Shown here piece by piece: positions 1 through 11,648 of a stretch of DNA of 64,000 bases. The notes beneath the pieces were generated by a model. The model saw only the letters and a program-made list of their open reading frames with translations, ran no database searches and was not told where the DNA came from. The translations under genes and the position numbers were made by a program. Origin of the DNA: Rhizodiscina lignyota (lineage: Eukaryota); contig ML978129.1 in the NCBI GenBank assembly GCA_010015805.1, forward strand, positions 1,116,001 to 1,180,000, read 5' to 3'. Positions within the stretch are counted from its first letter, which is position 1; every line of letters starts with the position of its first letter.

Positions 1-582
1 CGCTTATAACCTTGTAAAGCTTGTTGAAGCCGCCTTCGCTGTACAACTCAACCTGACATTCCGACTCAGGCAGCGCAAGTGTGCGCCGGCAGATTGCTCG
101 AATTGTCGAAATATCAGTTTCTTCTGACCAATTCGGCTCGTAATGCAAAAGTCCCTCTTCCCACACAAGGCCGCGCTGAGGTATGATTGTCGCCATTTGA
201 ATTTGGATGTCGGTGGAAGTGGAAGTGTGCGCAGGATATAGTGTCTGGGCGGATGTGGTTGTTTGTCGTACCCTGATTCAAGAGCAAAGCGCTAGAACCG
301 TGCAACGTTGACAAGGAGAGGGAGGCACGGTCATCGGCGGCCTGGCGCTGCAAAGATCGTGTGCGACAGACTGATCAGGTTGTACTGGGTGAGCCAAGAT
401 CTATGATAATTATAGAGCTAGAGGGAGGAGTATTTGAAGGGCCAGTATGTCCGCAGAAGGTCATTATTGCGCTTCATCGTGGATACCAACTCTCAAGCAT
501 TGTCGACTCCGACTAAGACCTAATATCAAATATACAGCATTGAAGTCGTAGTATTCGAGAGCCTCAACTGACGCTCGACATC

Positions 583-977
583 ATGGGCAGGAAACTGTTG
601 AAGCTCCTACGGGAGTTCATCGACGAGATCCCCGATGACAAGTTACTTGGCCTCAGGATATATCCAGGCAATATCTACAAGAACCAGACGTTTCGCTTCG
701 ATCTTGTCAATGTTAGTCAAATAGACATCGCCAGGCGTTCTGTCACTGGCCGTGAAGCTCATGCTGAACATGTTGTTAGATTATCTCTACCGTTCCGGCC
801 ATCTACAATGTGCATATCCAGCTCAACAGCGGAGCTAAGATCCCAACGACAATGCATGCAGATGAGTTGGAGAAGAGCAACCCACTGTCGCAACTGTACA
901 TCCCGGGTGACTTCTCTTTTACACCGGACATGATTCGCCTGATGCTGTACGCCACTAAGCTGCCATCACCTTTGTAG
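583..977 (+). CDS. Small hypothetical protein (108 aa), 2 exons
   Basis: Exons 583-711 and 780-977; intron GTTAGT...TAG at 712-779. Splicing gives an open frame MGRKLLKLLREFIDEIPDDKL...FRFDLVN/IISTVPAIYNVHIQLN...KLPSPL*. Confidence 0.65.
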
Positions 978-1311
978 TACGCGGGTGTCGTGGGCAGAGA
1001 TCCCGGTTAGCAGAAAGCAATTGCTAGATTGTCAGCAGACGAGGGGTGGAGGAGGAATCATGAACATTTAAGGTTGTTGATCGATAACGATTGGATGACC
1101 CTGTAAGATGAATGTTGGATCGATTTCAGATAAGCTTTGGGCCATCTGTCGGAGCGAATATACGGCATTGACAGGCTTGGAACTTTTAATACAAGAATGA
1201 TGGAATGTAGGAGACAACTTGATTTTGATTCCTAGAAGAAAGCTCTTTTACCTAAGCTCGCCGGTATCCGAATTTGCCAGTGAAATGCATGTGATCACAA
1301 AGTGCACAGCT

Positions 1312-2042
1312 CTACCTCCTGATAGCACGCTGGTAGAAGGCAAGCTCTTCGCCCTCCAGGACATAACCATCGCAACGGCCGCTCTGTCCAGGCCTCGACG
1401 AGACCACCGCATATAGACGACCTGCCTCGAACTGTCTCTCAAGCGCGTTCTCAACCTTGCCGTGAGCCGTCATTCTCGCCGCCTGCTTCTTCTCGACGCT
1501 CTTGCTCTTCTTCGTCTCCTCAGTCGTCTCACCGGCCTTCTGCTGCCTCTTCCTGCCCAGGTTTGCGCCGTAGTGTGCCTCGTACCACTGCCTGAAGGGT
1601 GCCGCGTCGATCTGGACCACAGCGCTTCTCGTCAAGGTGTTTGTGCGCACGAGTTCGTTGTTGGAAGGATGGAAGACGACACCGATGACACGCGTCTTGC
1701 GGGAGACGCTCTCAGATCCCCATGAGAAGTTGCCGGAGTCGAGGCGAAGGGCACGGAACTTGCGGTTGCCGCCACGGGTGCGGACAAGATGGATGCGCTT
1801 TGCGCCGATACGAGTGTTGGCCGGCTGGCGACCTTTCTCGAAAGCTCTGTATCATGCCATGTCAGAACACGGCAAGGGCAGAAGCGATCGGGTTACGAGA
1901 TATGAGTGGGTGCATACCTCTTCTTGCGATAGTGAGCTCGCTTAGCACCAGAGGCGGACCTCTTATGGCGCGAGTCACGAGAGATACTGTTAAATGTTAG
2001 TTAGATGCCATTGCAAATGATGGTGGACTATACTTACCCCAT
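1312..2042 (-). CDS. RPS8: 40S ribosomal protein S8 (eS8), 3 exons
   Basis: Exons 2042-2038, 1986-1918, 1846-1312 with GT-AG introns give [39 protein letters not shown]...SSRPGQSGRCDGYVLEGEELAFY, the canonical eS8 sequence. Confidence 0.98.
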
Positions 2043-4092
2043 GATTGCGGTTCAGAAGCAGACTGCTGTTAATGCCAATTTCGTTAGCCGACGCCCAAAG
2101 GAGCCTAAACGCGACGGAGTCTGCAGCAGGAAATTCTTCGATGGAAATATGCTGGAATTTGAGTTTCTAACCTTGCGGTACAGTCGACTTCGAGGCAATC
2201 GATGGAGGTTGTGAAGCGGGTAAGTTGTTTGAGGTTGAGCCGTTGTGGGTTGTAGTTGTTAATTTTCAGTGCGGTTGCTCGCTTGTGGAAGCGCTTTTCC
2301 AATTGCGGGCTAGCCACGGAATTTGCCGCGATAATGCCATTACATAAGCCTTCTGGGTCTGCATGTGGTCCTCTTCGAAGTCTTCACCAAGTTGAGATTT
2401 GACGGAAATTTGCGATGAAGATAATAAGGTATCAATACCCAAAGAGAATGTTAGATGACTATTCACGTAATAGTCTACAATACTATTAGCGTCTGTCAAC
2501 GCGAGCGAAACGGCTCACCTGGACGCTAGATCTTCTACCTGTATCTTCACGCATTGTCGTCTGTGAGTTCATTGGAGGCATAGTTAGTTACTGTAAGATT
2601 GAGTGCGAAAACTATAAGGTTTGACGTTCACGTTGTCATAGCCCACTGTTTCTCACGGCTACTTAAACCCGTTGAACCTGTTTCCAGTTATGTATGCTTC
2701 AAATCACCCACCATTATGACCGTCATCAGACCAAGTTCTTGCACTCCCCAATACTTGGCAAACATTCAATGATTTGCATAAGAGGTGTAAGCCGCCCATT
2801 GCCTACTCTACTCCAGCAGGCGGATGGCCAGCAGTCCGCTTCGGAAACTTTAAATGATTTCTCTACTCTCACTACTTGTCCTCCCAATACACTGTATCAG
2901 GAAGGAAGACACAATCTAGTATTCTACAATGGCACCTCAGAAGGAGGTAAGAGCAAACTATATTTGGATCTCGCAAAGAAATGACACATCACGCTCTGGA
3001 ATGGTAACTACCACTGACCCTCCTGGGGTGGATTCAAGTACGGGGGAGATCCGAGACTGCTCAGCAAGCTGTGAGAGGTGCTCGGCTCGGACAGAAGGCC
3101 AATACCTTTACTGATTTCCGGCTGCTAGGAATCGACATGCATGTGGGACGGGCGAGGGAGCTTTGAGGGGCTGTTTGGCTTGGTGGGCTTATTCATGAGA
3201 CGCAAGGTTGCGAAGCGGCTCGAGAGCCTCAACACCGAAAACGGGAAGAGGTAGAGTCAAATCGAGTTTGAGGTTAGGAATTGGACTATGGAGTATAGGA
3301 GATGTTGCAAGCGCAATGCACCTCCAGCCATGCCTTCCTTTGGTTTTCGAACAGACGTTCACGCTGTAATACACAGCCTGCCACTCGTCAACTATCCAGA
3401 CTGGCCGGCTCTCTCGACAATGTTCAGTAGATCCCTTGCCATGAATGGCAGCTGTGAATGCAAAATGCTACATCATCTGCCAGATCCAAGCGTTGGTCGC
3501 AAGCGCATTCTCGATCATGTATGGAAAAAGAGCGAGCGATGCTGGGCTGTGCCGCAGTCCTGGCGGCTCGCAAGTGTTCTGCGAGAGGGCTCGGCTGGTG
3601 TACCGATTGCTGGGGGCCCTGACTATTTTTGGCCCCGCCGGGACAAGACGACCCCTCCAATCACGCCCCGCTGGTCAAATTTGAAATTCCCCTCCAAGGG
3701 CATTGTTTACATGCGACATTTCGTTTCCACGCGCAGTCTCAAGCATTGCCTGCCCCAATGGCTTGCATCTGCGTCAGCATTAAGCAGAAGGATTCTTGAG
3801 CGCTTCCCATTGTGTTTTGCCTTTTATCGTTGCGAGGCTGCACGTCCATCTGTGAAAGCCACAGCTATGGCGATCTCTCGTCTGTGCTAGACTGCTAGTC
3901 CAGGCTTCAGCCTCCTCCTTGCCAAGGAGAGCGGGAGGAGTTCTGTGGTATTTGTACTACTTCGCTCGCTGCTTTCTTCGGGGAGCAAGGAACTATCACT
4001 CATTCCACCTCCAAAACCTCCGCACCGACGCGTCGGTACCACAGTCGCTCCCCCGTGTCCACACCTCAGCTCAACAACAAATATCCACCGCC

Positions 4093-4952
4093 ATGGCCAA
4101 GCACGACTCTCCATGGCTCAAGCGCGTGCTCATTCCTTTCTGGGTGCTCCGTCTCCTCTTCATGCTCGTCCTCATTGGCCTCTATGGCTTTGCTCTTGCT
4201 GCTGTGAGCGCTCTCAATGATGGAGACTTCGACTCTCACCTCAATGTAGATGTAGACAATGGAGATTTCGAAACCGCGAAGCGTGTGGCCATCGGGTAAG
4301 TCGAGAAGAACCATAAGTTGAATATATCGATCCTAACGTATTCGACAGTATCCTTGCCGCCTTTCTCTTCCTCCTTGTCGTTTGTTTTCTTCTCGACATC
4401 ATCGCCATCGTCATGTTCGGGCGTAACAGCCTTCGACCCAAGACGTTCTTGATCTTCAATGTCTTGCAAACGCTCCTCTGGACCATCATGCTCGTTCTCG
4501 CCATCATTGGAGCTGCTCGCGTCTCGGGCGATGGCGGCTTCATTCTCACCTTGATCATCTTGTACGTCCCCAACCCTCACTTTCAACTAGAAAATGCACG
4601 AGGATCTCAGCGCTAACAGCATTGTAGCCTCTTGTACCTGGGGTTGCTCATCTATGCGTCTGTGGTCTACCATCGCGACCGCAAGGGACGCAAGTACGGC
4701 TACCGTCAGACTAAAAACCCTGGCCAGCTTGAGTCTCAAAGCTTCATCAACAACCAAGCTCCTTACAACGCCCCACACGTCGAACCCTACAGAGGTGTGG
4801 ATAATCACTCCTCTGGCGAATACTACAACTCTGCACCCCAGCAGCCGCCTACCTTCTACAACCCCAGCACGAGCCCTGCTCCGCACCAATATCAATCATA
4901 CAAAGGTGGTGATGACACAGCGTACGAGATGCCTGACAGGCCGATGCATTAG
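4093..4952 (+). CDS. Four-TM membrane protein (MARVEL-like topology) with Pro/Tyr/Gln-rich cytosolic tail, 3 exons
   Basis: ATG in GCCATGG context; introns 4296-4348 and 4562-4627 (CTAAC branch sites) join three ORF-track fragments in frame; four hydrophobic segments. Confidence 0.75.
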
Positions 4953-6103
4953 GGGATGCAGGACTAACTGTATATTTTAATTTTCTTTCGGACAAGCCAG
5001 CAATACTTTGGCTTTAGGTTATCGGCGTTCAAGACCGGCACGGCTTCTACGAATATTGAAGACTCTTGTGTATACATATATACCCATTGCACGAACTGCA
5101 AGTTACGACATCTCGACCAAACTTACTTTCATGACATTGTTCCAATGTTGAGCTGTCTCGAGTAGTAAGCTTAATTAGCAATGTCTATTGCTTAAAGTCA
5201 TACGAGGGTAGAGATTGGGTTGGAATGACTTCTTCTGTATTCAAACGCACAATTGGTCAAATATTTGAGCGGAGGAGACGTCTCTCTGGGCTCGGTGAGA
5301 GTACGAAAGTAGTACAAGCAAATACATTGCTTCCATGCAGCCACAGTGACCGCATCCGAAGCGCAGCCATGTGTTGCCCACATGGCATCCACATTCTCCG
5401 ATACAACATTAGAAATTCTGTGAAATAGCTGCTCGTCGCATCTACTTAATTCCGAGCATGGAAAGAGCGTGTCCTTCGCGGATCTGCTCTGCCGAGCAGA
5501 TGTCTATCCAACAGTGTCACAGCCTCCAACTCTTTTCCTCCGATTAGATAACGGATCGCTAACCGCCCGAACTTCCCTCGTGTTCGCCAATAGACGCTAA
5601 CGCAAGTCACCGAGCCTCTTCCACACCGTACTGTGCAAAACCCTCCATTCGTGAAGAGTCGTGCATACGACCCTGGCCAAACAATGCGACTATACCGCTT
5701 ATGGACGTCGTAATGTGCGAACATCTATTCGCCTGCCGGTGCTACTGCGCCTCCCAGCCTCCACCAACTTCTTCGAGGGCGACTCGACCACCAGAAGCTC
5801 TCATCCAACCGCTCGCATGGTCAGTCGACCACTCCGTCTTGTAGGAGCGAACCCTTCCATGCGGGGTCCATGAGTTTTCCATAGACGCGGCGGTGGACAG
5901 AGTCATGCAGGTGTTCGGATTGCAGAAGAACCGTGGGCACTGCCGCCAGGTTGACTGCAGCGATTTGCATCCTCGTCACGACGAGTGAGATATAATGTGG
6001 TCAATGCAGCTGGCGCTTTTATTTTCTTTCTCGTCATTCTCGTTGAGTGAGCGTTTCAGTCCGTCGTTTCAAGAAGTTGTTAGTTGTCGCTGGCGGTCTC
6101 ACC

Positions 6104-7312
6104 ATGGCACGATTTTCAAATTTGTCACTTGTCAACCTATCGTCTCTGCTCTGGATAGTCTCACACATCTCCCTAGCAGTCGCGCTACCACAGTCTCATG
6201 CCTCATTAGCTAGTGCTGTCTCAAGCCCATCTATTTCTTCTGTACAGACGCACGAAAGCACCGCTCCAACGAAGTCGACAGCGCCCACGAATAGCTCTCA
6301 ACCCCGACATGCACATGGCCCCCAAATCACCAACCCCGGGATTCTAGCCGCCATCATTGTACCACTTCTCGTTGTTCTCATCATCGGAGTCTCGCTGTAC
6401 ACATTTTGTCGTGCGCGAGGCCGCGCCCGTGACTATGAAGCGAAAGAGATAGTCACTCCAACCACATCGACCCACAAGGACCGGAATGCCTTTTACGACC
6501 TTGGGCGAAACAGCTGTGGAGCGGGTTACGACTCGGTGTCCCCGCTCAATCCTGTCTACAGTGATCTGGACAGTCCGCGCTCGAGCACTTTCCGTGAGGC
6601 GTGGCGACACGGCCATAATAGACATGTCAGCATCGACAGTGATGCATGCGAGTCGCTGAACATGATTGGAGCCTTACCAGGGAGTCCAAGGAGCGACGGC
6701 AGAGCAAGCTCTTGGAGCGGAAGGTATACTCCAGTCCCTGGTAGTGGCCGAACTACACCAATCCATGGCCGCCCTCGATCAAAAACACCGGGATCAGTGT
6801 CGAACATTAGCCTCCCCATCAGCAATACGGGCGATAGTTCCGATTTGGCGCCTATGGCCTGGAGTGCGGACAGGATCGTCAGTGACGGCTCCGACCGTGC
6901 TACGCCAACACCAACAACCCCTCGAATGATACATTCACCAACAGTCTCATTCCACGACCCACACAGCCAAGATATCGCGTCCCTATCTCCGTATTATGAC
7001 CCTGATGTGGCGTCTCGGCGCATGACTATTCCCCTTTTCCTAGCGACTCCACCGAGCCCGGAGAGCAGCAATTTTGCGAGCATCGGTGAAGCAATTGCAA
7101 CCGATGGTACAAAACGAACATATGACCTGCCAGTGGTGGAAGAGTCAGAACATGATGGCTCGCACCAGAGCAGTCGGCCACAGACAATGATGTCCGTGAC
7201 GACAATTCGCTCCAGTGTAGACACGATCAGAGCGGAATGGCGAGAGCAGTTACAGCAGAACATACGAGCCAGTCCAGAGCCAGATCCAATTCCTGGGCGA
7301 AACGAAGAATGA
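6104..7312 (+). CDS. Type I single-pass membrane protein (signal peptide, Ser/Thr-rich ectodomain, long Ser/Pro-rich cytosolic tail; Mid2-like architecture)
   Basis: ACCATGG start; N-terminal hydrophobic stretch ending AVA-LP; TM GILAAIIVPLLVVLIIGVSLYTFC followed by basic RARGRAR. Confidence 0.7.
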   Translation: MARFSNLSLVNLSSLLWIVSHISLAVALPQSHASLASAVSSPSISSVQTHESTAPTKSTAPTNSSQPRHAHGPQITNPGILAAIIVPLLVVLIIGVSLYTFCRARGRARDYEAKEIVTPTTSTHKDRNAFYDLGRNSCGAGYDSVSPLNPVYSDLDSPRSSTFREAWRHGHNRHVSIDSDACESLNMIGALPGSPRSDGRASSWSGRYTPVPGSGRTTPIHGRPRSKTPGSVSNISLPISNTGDSSDLAPMAWSADRIVSDGSDRATPTPTTPRMIHSPTVSFHDPHSQDIASLSPYYDPDVASRRMTIPLFLATPPSPESSNFASIGEAIATDGTKRTYDLPVVEESEHDGSHQSSRPQTMMSVTTIRSSVDTIRAEWREQLQQNIRASPEPDPIPGRNEE

Positions 7313-7586
7313 TAACAGAAGTGTAAGATGCTGATTTTCTCATATTTCAAGCAGCATTGAAGGCGTTGGCGGCACACTGTGGTTCGAGGATTACCCATGT
7401 ACAATTCAGTATTAATATAGACTGTGTCCAAATGGTTTCTTTTGCCTTTTCCTTTCCCTTCCTTACTTAGCCCACTTCCATTTAGATGGCAATGTGTTGT
7501 TCCGCAAACTCCTCGACATTTCGCTCAATCAGTAACATGACTCCAGCAATGCCTCTGATTAAAGGGCTTGCCCTTCATCCTTTGTT

Positions 7587-8567
7587 TCATAGATACCCCA
7601 GCCTCATGAACACCAGCGACCAGGAAAGCAGCACCATAAATGTGGCCATTATCAGCGGAAGCGTTACGCTCGACACGATGCAGCCCGACTGCTCTGGTGC
7701 CATAGTCGTGGTGACTGCTTCACATATAATCGTGCCGAGAGACAACGTAGTGCAGGACACTCCCGTTGCAGTTACTGGCGTCTTCAACGCTTCTGTGGCG
7801 GTTGGAGTGGCTGTAGTCGATGACTGAGCTGTCGCGAGGGCTGGGAAGAGCAGGAACATCCCCACAACTGCGACGACTAACGCTACCGGTGCTCCCTTCG
7901 CTCTTCGCGAACTCCCTGAGGTGGAGGTAGAGGTGGAGGCAGAAGCGTTCTGCGTCGGCACAACAGAGACGAGACTGGTTGTGGTAGTACCGCCGCTACC
8001 GCCGCCGCCGCTGCTACTGGGCGTAGCGCTGCTGGAGAGACTGGACATAGGCAAAGTGACCGGAGGGCTGGGGCTGGGCAAGCCTGAGGTCAGCACCCAG
8101 GTGACGGTGTCGCACGCGATAGAACCTCCTGAAAGACTGCTGCAGGGTTCACCGGTTGTCGATATTGACGTCACGAATGCATTCGCGATTTGAGAGGAGG
8201 TACAATTCGACGACCGAGCTGCCGCGAGCGCGGGAAACAGCAGAACCATTGTAACAGCTGTGAGGATCGATGCCATTGGAGCGTTCCGTGCCGCAAAAGA
8301 ACTCCCGGATACGGAGGTGGATGCAGAAGGTTGCTGCTTCGGCACAACGCAGACAAGATTCATTGCGGCGATACCGCTGCTGTCAATACTGGTTGTCGGG
8401 CCGCACAAGACGCTGGATAAAGGCACAGTTCCCGAGAAGCTGGATAGAGAGGGCAGGACTGCGGTAACCGTTTCGCATGCGAGGGTTCCTCATGGAAGAA
8501 TGCTGCAGGACGCCCCACTCGTAGTTGTCGGCTCTGGAACTGCAAGAGAAGGGTATGGTAGGGACAT
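7587..8567 (-). pseudogene. Modular Ser/Thr-rich membrane/secreted protein with three C-x9-C units, interrupted by an in-frame TGA at 8492-8490
   Basis: ATG 8567 is in frame with the GTG-initiated ORF 7587-8426. The first repeat SCSILP*GTLACETVT contains the stop. Two internal and one C-terminal hydrophobic segments. Confidence 0.6.
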
Positions 8568-9005
8568 TGTTAAGCTTTAAGAGTTTAACAGCGTGCTTGT
8601 GGTTAAGGTTTAAATCTGCCAGATTGAGTAAAGACCTTGATCTAAGAGTAGAGAGTAGTAACAAGTCTATCACGAGTAAAGAGCTTAGTGTGAGCATATC
8701 ATGAGGGCCAGCATTACTGGCAAACTTTATGCATCAGGTGCGTGATCTGTCTTCAAGCACATGACAATCAGACAATTGGCTAACCGTGACAGATAAGCGC
8801 CCCGTCACGTATCTCTAGCGCTATTTTGTTTGAAGCGGTGAAAGTGAGGAAGATTATGTTACATAGTTTTCACTGTCATTGACGAAGTACAGTAAAAGGG
8901 GAATCGAGGCGCCCTGTGCCACGTTGGCGAACAATCAGCACCATTGAAGAGCAATGAGTATATGTGAAGCACCGAGATCCTCCTCATTGCTCTCAATCTC
9001 CTCCG

Positions 9006-9254
9006 CTATGGATTCCCTTTGCCGCCAGTAGCCGTTGAACGCATGGATTGCAACTCCGCCGCACTGTCATGGGAATCTTTCGTCGGCAGCGGCCCCAAGA
9101 TCCTGTCTCTCTCCTCTCGTGCTCTCATGGCCTTGGCCTTGTGGTAGAGATACCGGCACATCCACCGAAGCATATCAGTCAGTCCGCGACAGAACATTCC
9201 AAGAGCACCTCCGGCCGCTGCACCGCGTACATTGTTCTCGGAGAGTAAGCCCAT
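9006..9254 (-). CDS. Possible small hypothetical protein (82 aa)
   Basis: ATG-initiated ORF with a small-residue/hydrophobic N-half and a charged C-half; no family recognised. Confidence 0.25.
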   Translation of the reverse strand: MGLLSENNVRGAAAGGALGMFCRGLTDMLRWMCRYLYHKAKAMRAREERDRILGPLPTKDSHDSAAELQSMRSTATGGKGNP

Positions 9255-10030
9255 TTGCCATGCCCAGTAGTGCTCGCTGCAGAAGAGGAGTCGAGCATCT
9301 GAGGGCGAGGCCTAGACTACGCCTTGATGGGTAGTGGGGTTCGACGTGTTGGTGTTGAGGGGTGACGCTGGCACGAGGACATAATCGTAGACTCTGATAG
9401 TACAGCAATGAGTACAACAGAGATCAGAAGACGCATATACTCTTTCCATGTACTGTATGCAATTGAACGCCGTGATTTGCCACTGCCTACTAAGAGCACT
9501 GCCGAAGCAGCAGCGGAAGGGGCATCAGAAAGAAAATCACGATATTTCGAGCACAATACGAAGGAGTATATGTTCGGAATTAGCTGGAATAATATCAGTT
9601 AAATGACTCCCACAGCTCCAACACGATTCCAACATAAGCTTGATCCACTTGAAGAGGCGTGACTCTGCTTCCAGAATTCGTCGCCGCCGCACACTCGTCG
9701 CATCGCCAAACTAAGAGTGCCTCATACCTCTAACGCAGTGAGGAACAAAGAGTTGCAGAATCCAGAATACCAATGAATGCTAGAAGGCCCGCAGTGCCAA
9801 CCTGCCGTCGTCTGTGCCCTCTTTATGAGATAAGAGATACACCAATCCCAGGGGAAGAAGATCCAGAGTGAGCAGTGAAATTTGTGCACAAAGAAAGGCC
9901 ACCATTTAGGGCAAGACAGGTGCTCAAATCCGTCGCTGTCGCTTTCGCTGTGTCTCCAGCAGCAGGCTGTTTTTGGCCGGGGAGGTCGACAATGTTCGGA
10001 GATTTCGCCGCTGGAGACGCAATGGTCATT

Positions 10031-10138
10031 TTAGAACCATATTCCTTTGTGGAGCCGCCGAAAGAAGAGAATAAGAAAGAGAATAATAGCAATAACTCCA
10101 ACGGCTATTCCAACATCGCATCCGATATTGCACAACAT
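10031..10138 (-). CDS. Possible 35-aa single-TM micropeptide
   Basis: ACCATG start; MLCNIGCDVGIAVGVIAIILFLILFFRRLHKGIWF* has a clean TM helix followed by RR. Confidence 0.3.
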   Translation of the reverse strand: MLCNIGCDVGIAVGVIAIILFLILFFRRLHKGIWF

Positions 10139-10604
10139 GGTGAGAGACTCGAGACCGCTAGTATTAGGATGAGTGTCAGGCGAACTCGCCGATCGCTTCG
10201 ATACGGTATTTTGGTGACCGTGTCCTTGTTCAAGTACAACTTGTTTTGGACAAAATAATGAACAATGTGAGATGCTGGATTTGCTGAATCGAAAGATCAA
10301 GGAGCCATAAAAGGCGCGGACTATAAATATGTGAGATATTGGGGAGAGCACTGGACTTGTGCCGAGATGACGTATAATGCCGGCTGTGGCAGATAAGCGC
10401 CTGTGCAACTGCTACGCATCATGAGGCCCTCGATATAGTATTGCCAAGCTGCTCTGTGCTTTGGCATTCCCAGCTCCTGCTGCCGTCGCTGGCACACGGC
10501 TTTAGCATTGATCGTGCCCGATGATTTAAAGCAGTGAGAAGAGAGAAGATATCAAGAATGGACTCGGATTCCAGAACTCTCCGAAACACTGCTTGGAATA
10601 GGGC

Positions 10605-11420
10605 TTAGTCTTTCCAAACCCTCAGAATCTGTAGCTTTTCCCATCCTGCCTGCTGCCCACTGGACCTGATTGTTTCAGCATTAAAGCCATGCTGTAGTTT
10701 GATTTGATCTTTGACTTGAAGAGGCTTGTTCTGTGCACAAAGAAGAATATACGCTACACCCCTGGTTGGATGGAGTATGCGTGGTAAGTCGTCCACTAAT
10801 CTTGTCGTGACCTCCATTCCGTCAAGTCCTCCAGCGTAGGATAAAGAAAGGAGGTGAGAGTCTCTTTCGAAGGACTCCATTGCAGGCTTTTTGATATATT
10901 CATTGTACACATCGTGTTCTGATAGGTCTGGAGCAGCTTCTGTTGGAACATACGGCGGATTGAAGATAAGTATGTCAATGCACCCATCGCGGAATGTACT
11001 TGACAGATCAGCGTTTACCACATCGCCAAGGCAGCCTGACGTTGTGGGGAATGCTCTCGATGCCACATCGACAGTTTTTATCGCGCCATGACAAGCAAAG
11101 GTATTGATATCAGTGCCGAAGCTGAGAATATCAGTCCGACCAAGGATCTCTCCAGAATGAGCAGTGAGAAAAGCTAGAACAACTCCAGAGCCAATGCCAA
11201 CTTCAAGTACAGTAGGACTATTCGAGGCGGCTGTGGAAGTTGATTCTCTATGAGACGACACGCTGAACCGGGATCTCAGGAAGTCTTTTTCTGTTGATGA
11301 GGAAAGTGCGTCGAGGAATAGATACGAATCTTCTGCGGGTTCATAAACATTATCAAAGGATATGTGCGACGTCGATGGAGTTGGTAATGGTTGTGACACC
11401 TGGTGCGATGCCCCAGCCAT
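10605..11420 (-). CDS. MTQ2: eRF1 glutamine N5-methyltransferase catalytic subunit (HemK2/N6AMT1 family)
   Basis: LPTPSTSH..VYEPAEDSYLFLDAL N-terminus, SAM motif VLEVGIGSG, catalytic NPPYVPT, YAGGLDG. Confidence 0.93.
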   Translation of the reverse strand: MAGASHQVSQPLPTPSTSHISFDNVYEPAEDSYLFLDALSSSTEKDFLRSRFSVSSHRESTSTAASNSPTVLEVGIGSGVVLAFLTAHSGEILGRTDILSFGTDINTFACHGAIKTVDVASRAFPTTSGCLGDVVNADLSSTFRDGCIDILIFNPPYVPTEAAPDLSEHDVYNEYIKKPAMESFERDSHLLSLSYAGGLDGMEVTTRLVDDLPRILHPTRGVAYILLCAQNKPLQVKDQIKLQHGFNAETIRSSGQQAGWEKLQILRVWKD

Positions 11421-11648
11421 CTCATGTGGAGGAGTGCTGAGGGATGCTCCTGAGGAAAGAGATGAGTCGTGTGGACGAGCGGTTGAAGGACCAAAGAAAT
11501 GGAGGTCGGTAAAACTTGCCCCTTTTTGCGGGCTGTCTCGACCTCGGCTGGCCTTGTAGCTCTGACGTTAGCAACGAAAGCTTTTCTGAAGCTCTTCTGC
11601 TGGTAACAATATCGCCCAGGGAAGCCCATTGGTGACCAAACATACAAG

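Noticed and set aside
2929..3074. Possible spliced micro-ORF MAPQKE/YGGDPRLLSKL ending in SKL
   Set aside because: Only 17 aa, relies on a weak AAG acceptor, and has no other support.
3288..3890. 200-aa ORF upstream of the four-TM gene
   Set aside because: No domain-like features; lies in the expected promoter/5' region; likely a chance ORF.
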